From positions 1,798,001 to 1,862,000 of the forward strand of contig OZ024747.1 of the NCBI GenBank assembly GCA_964016885.1: a stretch of DNA of 64,000 nucleotides, given 5' to 3'. Positions within the stretch are counted from its first letter, which is position 1. Each line of letters begins with the position of its first letter. The stretch comes from Eledone cirrhosa. Its lineage: Eukaryota. Positions 13,872-25,150 of this stretch are shown one piece after another. The position numbers and the translations under genes were made by a program. Under the pieces are notes generated by a model, which did no database searches, was not told the DNA's origin, and saw nothing but the letters and a program-made list of their open reading frames with translations.

Positions 13872-14009
13872 GAGCCCAATTCATTTGACTTGTGGAGCAG
13901 CAGATGTCTGGTCAAGTGTTGTCATGTAAGAAGATGGCAACTTTACTATTGACCAATGCTGGACATAATGCTGGACATATACGCTGCAAGTTGTGATGCA
14001 TTTCATCAA

Positions 14010-14221
14010 ATCTAGGCACACACACACACACACACATACATACACAGACACACATACAGAAATCTAGGCACACACATACACACACAGATCTAGGCACACA
14101 CACACACATCTAGGTACACACACACACAGATCTAGGTACACACACACACACACACACAGATCTAGGTACACACACACACACACAGATCTAGGTACACACA
14201 CATACACCCACAAAGATCTCG

Positions 14222-14257
<36 letters not shown>

Positions 14258-14326
14258 CTAGGTACACACACACACAGATCTAGGTACACACACACAGATC
14301 TAGGTACACACACACAGATCTAGGCA
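14010..14326. repeat. AGATCTAGGTA(CA)n minisatellite
   Basis: Read directly. Confidence 0.9.
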
Positions 14327-14546
14327 GTAATTACCACCTCTAGTTATTGACACTATATTTATGACATTTGTTTGCCTGCTTAGTTACACCTCCCCCTCCC
14401 TATAACCCGGGGGGGGGCATCTTTATTGTATGGAGGGGTAGGGGGGTTAACTTCAGATTAGTGTTGTAGGGGTGGGTAGGGTGGCCAGGGGCAAGAAAGA
14501 CAACAGCTAGAAACATAAAATATAAAAATGATGACAACCACAAGAA

Positions 14547-14712
14547 AACAACAACAACAACAACAACAACAGTAACAACAACAGTAACAACAACAGTAAC
14601 AACAACAGTAACAACAGTAACAACAACAGTAACAACAACAGTAACAACAACAGTAACAACAACAGTAACAACAACAACAACAGTAACAACAACAACAACA
14701 GTAACAACAACA
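14547..14712. repeat. (CAA)n/(CAGTAACAACAA)n microsatellite
   Basis: Read directly. Confidence 0.9.
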
Positions 14713-14851
14713 CACCAATTATACTAACAATAACAAGAACATTGACAATAATGCTGACGATAACAACAACAACAGCTTTAGTGATAACAACAACAACAAC
14801 TGCAATAGTTTGACATTTTCTCAGCAAACAGATTTTTTCTTCCACAAATTA

Positions 14852-15316
14852 TGTGTGAGAGGGAGAGAGAGTGTGTGAGAGAGAGAGTGTGTGTGAGAGA
14901 GGGAGAGAGTGTGTGTGAGAGAGGGAGAGAGAGTGTGAGAGGGAGAGAGAGAGTGTGAGAGAGGGAGAGAGAGTGTGTGAGAGAGGGAGAGAGAGTGTGT
15001 GAGAGGGAGAGAGAGTGTGTGAGAGAGAGAGAGAAGAGAGTGTGTGAGGGGAGAGAGTGTGTGTGTGAGGAGAAGAGTGTGTGATAGATAGAGAGAGAAA
15101 GAATAGATTCTGTAGTTTTTACAACGGGGAGCTTGAGTATAACGTTGTGTGTATGGACATGTAACAGAACAAGTGTGTGTGTGTGTGTATGAGTAGTGTG
15201 TGTGTGTGTGTCTGAGTAGTGTGTGTCTGTAGCTGAGTAGTGTGTGTGTGTATCTGAGTAGTGTGCGTGTGTGTGTATTTGAGTAGTGTGTGTGTGTGTA
15301 TTTGAGTAGTGTGTGA
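14852..15316. repeat. (GA)/(GT) compound microsatellites
   Basis: Read directly. Confidence 0.85.
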
Positions 15317-15345
15317 GCATAGGTACATTGTTATTGGTTTAAGGC

Positions 15346-15747
15346 ACCTGACACTGTAAAAGGTAGGTATATAGACTGGGGTATATAGTGGGGTATATAG
15401 ACTGGGGTATATATCCACCAGACACTGGAAAAGGTAGGGTATATAGACTGGGGTATATAGTGGGGTATATAGACTGGGGTATATATTCACCAGACACTGG
15501 AAAAGGTAGGGTATATAGACTGGGGTATATATCCACCAGACACTGGAAAAGGTAGGTATATAGACTGGGGTATATAGTGGGGTATATATCCACCAGACAC
15601 TGGAAAAGGTAGGGTATATAGTAGGGTATATAGACTGGGGTGTATATCCACCAGACACTGGAAAGGGTAGGGTATATAGACTGGGTATGTAGACTGGGGT
15701 ATATATCCACCAGACAATGGAAAGGGTAGGGTATATAGACTGGGGTA
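15346..15747. repeat. ~45-70 bp minisatellite (CCACCAGACACTGGAAAAGGTAGGGTATATAGACTGGGGTATATAT)
   Basis: About 7 tandem units with internal sub-repeats. Confidence 0.9.
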
Positions 15748-15903
15748 GAAGATCTGGATGGAAGTTGTGAGCGCTGATCCCAGATCATTAAAGTTCATTG
15801 AGATGACAAAAGAATGTGACTAGTAGAGGCTGTACTGAGAAAGACCTGTCTAACCCACGCAATAATGGAACAACAAATGTAAAATGAGGATGATGATGAT
15901 GAT
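15748..15903 (+). mobile_element. Decayed RTE LINE 3' end
   Basis: GAAGATCTGGATGGAAGTTGTG (K.W.EVV-like)...AAGACCTGTCTAACCCACGC...GTAAAATGAGGATGATGAT tail shared with other RTE and SINE ends here. Confidence 0.6.
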
Positions 15904-15963
15904 ATGTATTTTATGAGTGAATATTTCCCTCTAGTACACAGGGTTTGCTATTTTCCTTTTGTG

Positions 15964-16090
15964 ATATTCCTGATGAAGGGCAAATGCCCGATACATTGAC
16001 TATGTAACTCATTCTTCTTTCTCCAAGTGTGAAACTAATACACTTTATGTTATTGCATCCTCTGGTACGTTTGTTTTGTGTTTCTTTGAC
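15964..16090 (+). mobile_element. Penelope-like pLTR remnant with mutated minimal hammerhead
   Basis: ATATTC-CTGATGA-A-GGGC-AAAT-GCCC-GATAC-ATT-GACTAT. Stem II is perfect, GAAA is changed to GATA. Ends at (TA)n. Downstream sequence resembles 55807-55890 (minus). Confidence 0.65.
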
Positions 16091-16243
16091 TATATATATA
16101 TACATATATATATATATTGTGGTTCTTTGATACATATATATATATATAGTGTTTGGGTCCTTTGTGTTTGGACCTGGTGTATATCTATATGTTTCACAGA
16201 TACACTAACATTAAACCCACATTTTACTGTTAATTCTTCACCT

Positions 16244-16299
<56 letters not shown>

Positions 16300-17235
16300 T
16301 ACTAAAACAGTGTTTGTGTGCTTGTCTGTAATTTAATACAGCCAAAACGGCGCATAATGGGAAAATACTTTGAAGGATGTTGTCCCTGAAATGGGAATAC
16401 AAATGGTAATCAAACTTGTAACCTTATGACTGTGAATCCTATTCTCTAACCAGTAAGCCACCCATCTTCACCATCTTCCCAACTACTTATGTTATAAATC
16501 AGGAGAGTAGGCAGTTTAGTTGATCAAACGACTGGAGTAAGTATTTATAGGTAAAGACATTTTTTACAAAGTAGCAATAGATAAAAATTTAGTTTGATAG
16601 AAACCGGTTTTATGTCTTAATGGAAAAAAATGTTCTGGACTCATGGTTTTAACAGTAAGTGACATATTGTTTGCTATATATGTATGTGTAAATCCTTCTG
16701 CTTTACTTAGCTCAATACTAGCAAGATAAATATAGTTAATGGTAAAATATTTGTTCAGAAATCAAATACAACTGAATGTTTTTCTAACATATTCATCATA
16801 ATCATATCTACAATCAGAGTTGAACCATTTTCTTAGCTATAACTGTGTATTGTTAATGTAGCATATGTGTATTGTTAATGTAGCATATATGATTCATAGG
16901 AATAATCACTTTGGAATGCACTTTACTGAATTGCTAGAATAACACCCCTAGATATACTTGAACACAAAAATAAAGATATATCCACCATCTACCTGATAAA
17001 TTCACTGAGTACATGCTGTAAAATGGTTGGTGATAAGAAGATCATCCAGCTGTAGAAAGCTTGCTTACCAAGGGTTAGAAGGCCCTTCAGTTGTGTCAGA
17101 ACATTCCTGTGCTGGAACCATGATAAAACATGGGACCATATGTAAGTGAGATACAGACTCCTGGCCTGTCTGGAAGGTCAGTAGACCTGTTTCAGTACAT
17201 ATTCAGTCTGTGAAGACCCATCCAACCCTTGCTAG

Positions 17236-17267
<32 letters not shown>

Positions 17268-17559
17268 GTGGTTGTCAACTGAACTGAGACAATGTAGGCT
17301 TGAGAGGACTGTTTTGTCTAGCCAATGACACAACAACCTCTCTAGTGCTAAATTTAAACTTCGTAATTGATGAAAATACTCAACATCTGAGAGGACAATG
17401 CATGAGTCGGAGGAGAAGAAAATAGAATATTTGCAATAGAAATTTATTTATCAAATAATTTATTTTGGTAGGGGATTGTATGAGTGAAATTAGTGTGGTG
17501 GTCATGTACACCAGCGTTAACTAGAAATGATGGCTTTGAGCCAGCCAAGTACTGATGCT

Positions 17560-17675
17560 CACAGAGGAGATAATGAAGGATGACAACAAGTGGAGAGATG
17601 GTTTGCTGAAAAAGACCCGTCCAACCCATGCAAGTATGGAAAAATGGACGTAAAAATGACGATGATGATGATGAT
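17560..17675 (+). mobile_element. RTE LINE extreme 3' end
   Basis: GAAAAAGACCCGTCCAACCCATGCAAGTATGGAAAAATGGACGTAAAAATGACGATGATG. Similar ends at ~24265-24350 and ~56005-56070. Confidence 0.7.
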
Positions 17676-17863
17676 ATATAATGTAGATAAACCTAGATGG
17701 GGCTGCTCTCATAGTGGTTTGGCTGTACAATAGGGTTTATTTAAAGTATGTAAGTTATTGTGACATAGAGTTAGGGCATATATATATATATATATAAACG
17801 TATACATATATATAGAATCGTTAGAACATCTGACTGATAAAATGACAAGTCAGTCAATCATAT

Positions 17864-18008
17864 TGGTGGCCTCCCCACAGCCTCGGCAGATAGAATGGAG
17901 AAGGTGTTTCTCCAGAGGACGGCAAGAGAGATACTCTGAAAAAGCCATTCCAGCTTGCAAGGCTCACACCTGCGGCTGGCCAGCTCAGTGGCTATGGTGG
18001 TGTGTAGA
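17864..18008 (-). pseudogene. CRE-like RLE LINE ORF C-terminal fragment
   Basis: Translates TTIATELASRRCEPCKLEWLFQSISLAVLWRNTFSILSA. Homologous to 45410-45507. Confidence 0.7.
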
Positions 18009-18949
18009 GTTTATGTCCCCACATGTGAAATTTTATTCAAATCTGCCCCATTTTCTGTGGCTTGCAGAACCACATTCCACCCATGATGGAGTTCAATGAG
18101 TCATATTTGCACAACTAGTACAGCCAGTCTATGGAGTGCCACCCTAGATGTTTGACTGTGTCCATCATGGTATTTCAGTGGTCATTAGAAATACTTGGTG
18201 GTACCCATCTCTTCTCCAAGTGTCATGGTGTAGTTAGGTTTGGGTTATTTAACTACCAGCTAGCTGGAACTTTCCAGTAGCTGCCATATTTTGTACTTTA
18301 GTCTCAGGCAAAAGGCTGCAATGAAGATATACATGATACTTGGTAGGGAGGTAGATAGCTAGTTGAGTGAAGCTCTATATATTCTTGTCATATTTATTTG
18401 AATATTGGTGAGTCATGCATGACAAGACAGAGGACAGGATGGGTGGAGGGTGGAGATGTGACTATTCCTGTGATGACTTCTGTGCTGGTTGTCCCAATAT
18501 AAAGAGAATATAAACAATTTCTAACAGTAAATAGAAATATTCATATAATAATAATAATAAAATAAAAGAAATAATTTGCTTAGTTGATACTTCGCAGTTG
18601 CCTTGTTGTGGCATCCTTGAAGGGAAGGGGGAATAATCTAGCAAGTAGAGAAGTCACCAATGTTTACATGGTTGATTAGCTGCCTGGATATATTCCCAGT
18701 TGATGAAGCAATGTAGAGAGTGACATACATGAAGTGATAAAGGAGGGAGATACACACATTATGTAGAGAGAGAAGGAGGGAGAGATAGATTGAGAAAGAG
18801 AGGGAGAAGGAGATATGTGGGACATAATTCTAGTGATGAGACAGTCTTTACACATCACTGCAGCATGGAGAGCATATATATACATTTTATAGCAGGGAAA
18901 ATAGCCTTAATATATATAATTAAGGCTATTTTCCCTTACATTTAATATG

Positions 18950-19001
<52 letters not shown>

Positions 19002-19006
<5 letters not shown>

Positions 19007-19195
19007 AAAAAGTATGACCCCGACGGCAGAGCTCAAGCCGTTACGACGGCTATTTCTGGACTCAGAAATAGCCGTCGAAACGGCTTGAGCTCTGCTGTCG
19101 GGGTCATAGTTTTTCCTATTTCTCACTCTACTACCCTAAGTATTGAGTACTCTGGTGCGTTATGGTCCATCTGGTTCCTTACCACAATTCCTTTG

Positions 19196-19197
<2 letters not shown>
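19002..19197. mobile_element. Family A hairpin element copy 2, opposite orientation to copy 1
   Basis: Near-identical reverse complement of 9971-10163, with (TA)n on both sides. Confidence 0.8.
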
Positions 19198-19283
<86 letters not shown>

Positions 19284-19323
19284 GGCTATTTTCCCTTACA
19301 TTTAATATGTAGTATATATATAT

Positions 19324-19555
19324 ATTACATATTAAATGTAAGTGAGAAAAACTCTATCGGATAATAAGCCAGACAGTTGAAAAAAGACAATTTCAGTTAG
19401 TCTCTCTTATAAATATTTGTCTGTCTGACTCCCATAAACAGAGCTTTTCTCACTTAAATTTAATATGTAATATTGCTTCTCTGAGTGATATCTTATCTAT
19501 ATATTTTATCCACTCATTGCAATGTTTAAGTATTAGAGACTGATTAATCTTTAAT
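19324..19555. mobile_element. (TA)n-embedded inverted-repeat element, family D
   Basis: Arms 19324-19355 (ATTACATATTAAATGTAAGTGAGAAAAACTCT) / 19440-19471, followed by a one-sided tail. Confidence 0.6.
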
Positions 19556-19571
19556 TAATATATATATATAT

Positions 19572-19678
19572 AAAAGATAACATCTCTGTCTGATGAACGA
19601 TCCAGACATATATTAATATTGTCTAGGATCCAGAAACGTTTGGTAATGGAGTAGTTATATATTGTGTTGTTCACTTTC

Positions 19679-19683
<5 letters not shown>
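19572..19683 (+). ncRNA. Hammerhead-like motif in a (TA)n-flanked insertion
   Basis: CTGATGA (19590-19596), long stem II GATCC-AGACA...TGTCT-A-GGATC, then GAAACGTT (19633). Stem I is not convincing. Confidence 0.5.
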
Positions 19684-19747
<64 letters not shown>

Positions 19748-19750
<3 letters not shown>

Positions 19751-19817
19751 AAATAACAGATATATATTTATCCTTATCGAACCCTCTTTGGATTTTAGTT
19801 TTCACATTTATTATTAT

Positions 19818-19820
<3 letters not shown>
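19748..19820. mobile_element. Family C element, shortest copy
   Basis: Reverse complement of the family C tail fused to the last ~12 bp of the inverted arm. (TA)n on both sides. Confidence 0.7.
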
Positions 19821-19875
<55 letters not shown>

Positions 19876-19922
19876 TATATCTATATGTATGTGTGTGTGT
19901 GTGTGTGTGTGAATGTGCGTGT

Positions 19923-20179
19923 TATGTTAATAAATATGAAGACACAGTTCTACTATTTCATACTTCAATTTAGTAAATATTAACTGTGATATACATTTCA
20001 AAGGCATCATATTATAGTTATGTAAGAGTAACTTAAGTCCAATACCTCATTATCAGATGGTATTTCACAAATGTGGTAAAGTGCAGACTGTGGGACACAG
20101 GTTGTTGATTGTCCAAAATTTGGTCAACATATGTTGAAGTATGGAAACGTAGAAGTATGTCTTCATATTTATTAACATA
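19923..20179. repeat. Degenerate ~46-bp inverted repeat pair
   Basis: TATGTTAATAAATATGAAGACA...CATACTTCAA (19923-19968) versus its reverse complement at 20134-20179. Confidence 0.7.
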
Positions 20180-20435
20180 CCAATACTTCATTGGGTACCA
20201 GTCTATATGATCCCAGATCTTACTTAGATAGGTACAACTGATGTGGAGTGTTTAAGAGTGATTACACAATAATGCATTAATTGCAGTGATAAAATACAAC
20301 ACTGACAATCAACTAATTTCGAAATTAAAACTATATATATATGATGATGATGATGATGATATATATATATACATTCTTGTTGTTCAGTATTGAGTGCTCT
20401 TTCCTCTCAGTTGTCAACCACATATGGATATATCC

Positions 20436-20660
20436 GTAATAATAATAAATTTGAAGACTAAAATTCAAAGAGGGCTCGATAAGGATAAATATATATCAAA
20501 TATATAAGAACCGTAGAGCAAATATTTATTAAAATAACAGATTAAAGTTTAAGCAAAGAATCGCTGCTTTCACCCTTAACGGGATCTTCTGAAACTCTGT
20601 TTCATAAGATCCTGTTAAGGGTGAAAGTAGCGATTCTTTTGCTTAAACTTTAATCTGTTA

Positions 20661-20669
<9 letters not shown>
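20436..20669. mobile_element. Family C hairpin element (Penelope-like inverted pLTR remnant)
   Basis: Arms 20527-20595 / 20599-20669 plus a 90-bp tail. Contains CAGAAGA-TCCCGTTAAGGGT-GAAAG, a degenerate hammerhead-like word. Copies at 19748-19820 and 42623-42760. Confidence 0.75.
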
Positions 20670-20712
<43 letters not shown>

Positions 20713-20839
20713 CAGACAGAGTGTGTGTGTGTGAAGAGACAGAAACAACGAAAATATAAACAAAACAATCCCCATCATTATCATCATTGTTTTTACATGT
20801 TTGTATATTAGTTAAATGTTGAGATATAAGTGAAATTCA

Positions 20840-21060
20840 GGCAATAATGTTTCAGGCTGGGCCCTCATTCAGATGATAGAGAGAGGAAGATAAACATTTA
20901 GGAAAGTAGAAAAAAATGAAAGCGGTGGGGGTGAGGTGGGGGGATAAGAAAGTGTGCATATGGTTAGACTTGGTTTCTCAGATATGGCTATGTTGACAGG
21001 AGAGTAAGTGTAAAGGGAGATAAATAAAAAAAAGTTGTCATGTAGAGTTGCAATTATGTG
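20840..21060 (-). mobile_element. Old Penelope-like 3' remnant with degenerate hammerhead
   Basis: Minus strand CTGAATGA-GGGC-CCA-GCCT-GAAAC (20872-20849), preceded by a pyrimidine-rich tract. Confidence 0.45.
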
Positions 21061-21239
21061 TGTGTGTCTATATAGTGCATGTGTATGGGTAGTACAGAGG
21101 AACTGGGGTGGTGAGTTCAGGCCAGATGGGTAGGAGGTGTATAATTGGGAAATAAATTGTTGTTAGTTTGGACTGGTTGGACCTGTTGTGGGGGACAGCG
21201 AACACAAGTTGTTAATGGAATAACATGATAAACATGTTG

Positions 21240-21545
21240 GACTTTCAATCATAATGCTGTGGGTTTGATTCCTAGACTGTCACATTGCTCCAGTGTACTC
21301 AGCTGAAAATGAGTACCAGCAATACCTGGGGGTTTAATCTTGTGATGAACTGGTGTCCTTTCTAGATGGAGAGTCTTGTACTACTCAGTCACTTCACGCC
21401 ACAGAAACTGGAATAAGCACCAGTCTGATTAGCTTCCAGGCTTGAGAGAGACTTTAACCTGTGGTGGACTGGTAGCCTGTCCAGGGGCAGTCTTGAACTC
21501 TCTATCACTTCACACCTGGCTGGATGAGCCTCCGAGCTTCAGACT
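21240..21545 (+). mobile_element. Old tRNA-derived SINE, degenerate
   Basis: GGGTTTGATTCC B-box-like motif. CACATTGCTCCAGTGTACTCAGCTGAAAATGAG core shared with SINE family 2, different 3' part. Confidence 0.55.
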
Positions 21546-21903
21546 GACACATTCAAATGTTAAAGAAGGATGAATGCTTCATCAATATTTTTATGCACAT
21601 ATACATATTTATATTTATATACATATGGAATGTGTATATATATATATGTTGATGTTATATATATATATGTTAAAAAGATGTTTCACATGAGGTTTTTATT
21701 GAGACTCAGTTGTGAACATTTCACAGATGAGTGACTCAGGATCCGTATTTGTGTTATAGACCTGACTCCAGTTACAGTCTGCTCATTGTATATATCAGGG
21801 GTGAAGGGTCCGTGCATGCGTTACAGAATCTTGAGTTGATCAATTGCGTCAGTTGAAGCAAGCAGAATTTTGGCTGCTTACTAAATCGTAGACACATAAA
21901 AAG

Positions 21904-21945
<42 letters not shown>

Positions 21946-22081
21946 ATAACACTACATGCGGCTTTGACCGCGAGGGTCATTTAAAGGGAATTGGGGGGGG
22001 GGGGGTAAGGCTGCACAGCCCCACTTTCCGTCATGGCGATTGGACTGCATGCCCTGCTTTCCAGGTTACCCTTCACCACTG

Positions 22082-22401
22082 ATCATCATCATCATCATCA
22101 TTTCATTTTACGTCCGCTTTTTCCCTGCTTGCAAGGGTGGGACGGGAACTGATGCTGGCTTGATTTCTACAGCTGGATGCCCTTCCTAACACCAACCTCA
22201 TTTACAGTGAGTGCTGGGTGCTTTTTTGCCGTGGCACCTACACGACCACTTTGCAGTGGAATGATAGGGACCCCAGTCTCTATCATCTCATTTCTACAGC
22301 TGAGTAAACTGGAGCAATGTGAAATAAAGTGTCTTGCTCAAGGAAACAACACATCACCCGGTCTGAGAATTGAACTCACAACCTTTCGATTGCAAGGCCA
22401 A
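22082..22401 (-). mobile_element. SINE family 2, 5'-truncated
   Basis: Reverse complement of 31160-31462, with (ATG)n tail. Confidence 0.9.
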
Positions 22402-22559
22402 GAGAGAGATTTATATATGTGTGTGTGTGTACATATTTTATATATATATACATGTATGTGTGTATATATATATATATATAAATATATATATACATATCAT
22501 CTAAGTATAAAGGAAGAATAGATAATATTCTGCTAACTTTATAAGTATGTGTGTACATA

Positions 22560-22601
<42 letters not shown>

Positions 22602-22911
22602 GTTGTGTTGCTTTGTTTTTTGTGGTGTTTATGAGTTATGTTGGGATTTCTTTTTCATGAAAACTGATGCTATTACAAATACTTACATTTTATATTAAAA
22701 ACCTCCTCACTAACTCAGATAAAAACATTTAAATATGTCTTCTGAAATATTTCTATACTAAATTATAGAATAAACCACTTTTCAATTTCTTTTCATATCC
22801 TGTTTTATTTATTTTCTTGTTTGTATTTTTTTTTCCTGATTGAATTATTTTTTTATTAACATATTTCCAGATATAGTAATGCATAAAAATAAAGAAGAAT
22901 TCAAACATTCT

Positions 22912-23448
22912 TATAACGACCCATGCATGTGTGCAGTTTTAACGACATATGCATATGTGCATTTATAACGACACATGCATGTGGGCATTTATAACGACAC
23001 ATGCATGTGGACATTTATAACAATATATGCATGCGGGCATTTATAACAACACATGCATGTGTGCAGTTATAACGACACATGCATGTATGTAGTTATAACA
23101 ACACATGCATCTGTGCAGTTTTAACGACACATGCATGTATGCAGTTTTAACGATACATGCATGTATGCAGTTATAACAATATATCCATGTGTGCAGTTTT
23201 AACAACATATGCATGTATGTAGTTATAACAACATATGCATCTGTGTAGTTTTAACAACATATCCATGTGTGCAGTTATAACAACATATCCATGTGTGCAG
23301 TTATAACAACATATCCATGTGTGCAGTTATAACAACATATCCATGTGTGCAGTTATAACAACATATCCATGTGTGCAGTTATAACAACATATCCATGTGT
23401 GCAGTTATTATGACCTATCCATGTGTGCAGTTATAATTGTATATCCAT
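22912..23448. repeat. 26-bp minisatellite (ATAACAACATATCCATGTGTGCAGTT)
   Basis: About 20 units, more homogeneous toward the right end. Confidence 0.95.
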
Positions 23449-24044
23449 AGCAGAAACAAATGTAACTTTAAATCAAATATCTGAGAAAGACCCGGTATAC
23501 AGGCATACCTACATATGTTTTCTATGTATATATATATGTATATATATATATATTATATGTGTGTGTGTATTTAATTAGGTTTTACATTAATTTTTGTTAT
23601 TGCTTCCAGCCTGTGTTAGATGCCTGTGTGTATGTGTATATCAGTGTGTGTGTGTATGTGTATATCAGTGTGTATGTATGTGTATGTGTGATCCTGTGTC
23701 ACCAGGAAAGTTGACTGAGGTTAGAAAAAGGTCAGGAAAGTAGGTGAGGTAAGAAATGATGTGTGAAGTGAATGAGTTGGGCAGGAAAGATGTGTTGTTG
23801 TTGTTGTAGATGTTGTAGTTGTAGTTGTTTTTGTTGATGATATTTTTGTTGCTGCTATTGATCGTTTTACAACCCCAGGTTAACCTCGATCAAGTAGAAC
23901 TATGACAAATGGTTTTCCAGTTTTGCTAAAATAAGAACCAGTCATATACCAAGTTTGTTATACTTAACTATACCTATCCACACCAAAAGATTGTCGTTTC
24001 ATACCTATATTATACAAGTCCCTGTATATGAGCCAACAGCCTCT

Positions 24045-24186
24045 GTGTAGCCACTAGACCTGCAAGAAATAGCAGCCAAATCTCCTTCAAATCTCACTCC
24101 ACAGACTTAAAATACAGGATGGTCATGGTTGGAATATTATTAATCATAGATCTGCTCAATCAGGGTTAAATTGGGACAACAACAAA
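24045..24186 (+). mobile_element. Old interspersed repeat / SINE 3' domain (CTGCAAGAAATAGCAGCCAAATCTCC)
   Basis: Degenerate similar copies at ~9470-9620 and ~24575-24635. Confidence 0.5.
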
Positions 24187-24741
24187 ATCCTTTACACTTA
24201 AATCTATATTCATCAAATTATTTGCTTTATCCCCCCCCCCCCCCCCAACTGCACTTATCAAAGACCATGACAAGTGGAGAGATGATGTGCTGAATAGGAA
24301 CCGTCCCACCCTTGCAAGCAGGGAAAAGCAGCCGTAAAATGATGATGATGAGGATTCCCTATCCTGTTTCTACCTTATTTCACTTCTCAATATTTTTACT
24401 CCCTTAACTTTCATCTATTTTATCTCCCCCACACACTTCATCCATATTTACCTGACCTCACCAGTATTTCCTGACTTAATCCAAACTGTCATTTATCCCT
24501 TCCTTTCACCCCTATCCCTCATTCATTACATACCAAACAACATGAACCAATGAGGACACCTCTATGAAGTGGTTTCGACTTGCTAGAAATGGCAGTCAAA
24601 TATTCATCAAATCATAAACTACTGACTTAAAAACAGATGTCAGTACATATTGAATTATATAGTTGAATGATCTACAATAAACAGTATAGTTGGAAATTAA
24701 TTTAATGTAATTTATCAATTACATAAATGATACTTTTAAAA

Positions 24742-25150
24742 TGAAGTCTCCACTGCAAACCTGTCGGAGAGCGACCAGTATTTGAGGAGTTTGGCCCCCT
24801 CAGCCCGACGTGCAGCAGAACATTAGTCAGTCGCAGACTGCACCAGGTTGCGGCTGCAGAAAGTGTCGGTGCAAGTGGCATCCCAGATGAGGGGTTTGCC
24901 ACTGTGGAACGGGAAGATGGTCATGCCATCTGGCCTTTTGCCGTCCCCTCGATCCAGCCCCACCGCCTCGAGCTGGGAAGGGAAGCCTGCAGCGTCCAAG
25001 CCATGCTTAATGACCTCATTGAGGGCAGCATGGCGTGGAATGCGGCTGGCACTGTGGTGACAGGAAAGTGGGTGGAGGTCGAAAGAGTCCACGGTGGAAC
25101 CGCAGTGATATTGGTGTGGCTGGCAGATCCGGAGGCCAAGCCTCAGGGTT
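24742..25150 (-). pseudogene. CRE-like non-LTR retrotransposon fragment: zinc knuckle plus restriction-like endonuclease
   Basis: LRLGLRICQPHQYHCGSTVDSFDLHPLSC (decayed CCHC), RH..LNEVIK, GLDRGDGKRPDG (PD), LIWDATCTDT (D), stop, then SAARRAEGAKLLKY and FAVETS. Confidence 0.85.

Larger units (their letters stand above)
12965..14345 (-). pseudogene. Mariner (D,D34D) transposase C-terminal remnant, split by two minisatellites
   Basis: Minus frames give DEMHHNLQRICPALVNSKVAIFLHDNT*P, then HKSNELG, then VL/PHPLYCPHLLPTDSH, then CWQ*CVNSNG. This matches mariner IDEMHQKL..RPALVNRKGPILLHDNARPH..KLNELG.ETLPHPPYSPDLSPTDYH..RWQKC.D.NG. AATAAAGTTTATT follows the ORF end. Confidence 0.85.

Noticed and set aside
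13036-13952. Repetitive protein ORFs (AEDSTL)n, (YCPQPV)n and (SSASVL)n as structural proteins
   Set aside because: Open in four frames on both strands. The flanks are a frameshifted mariner pseudogene.
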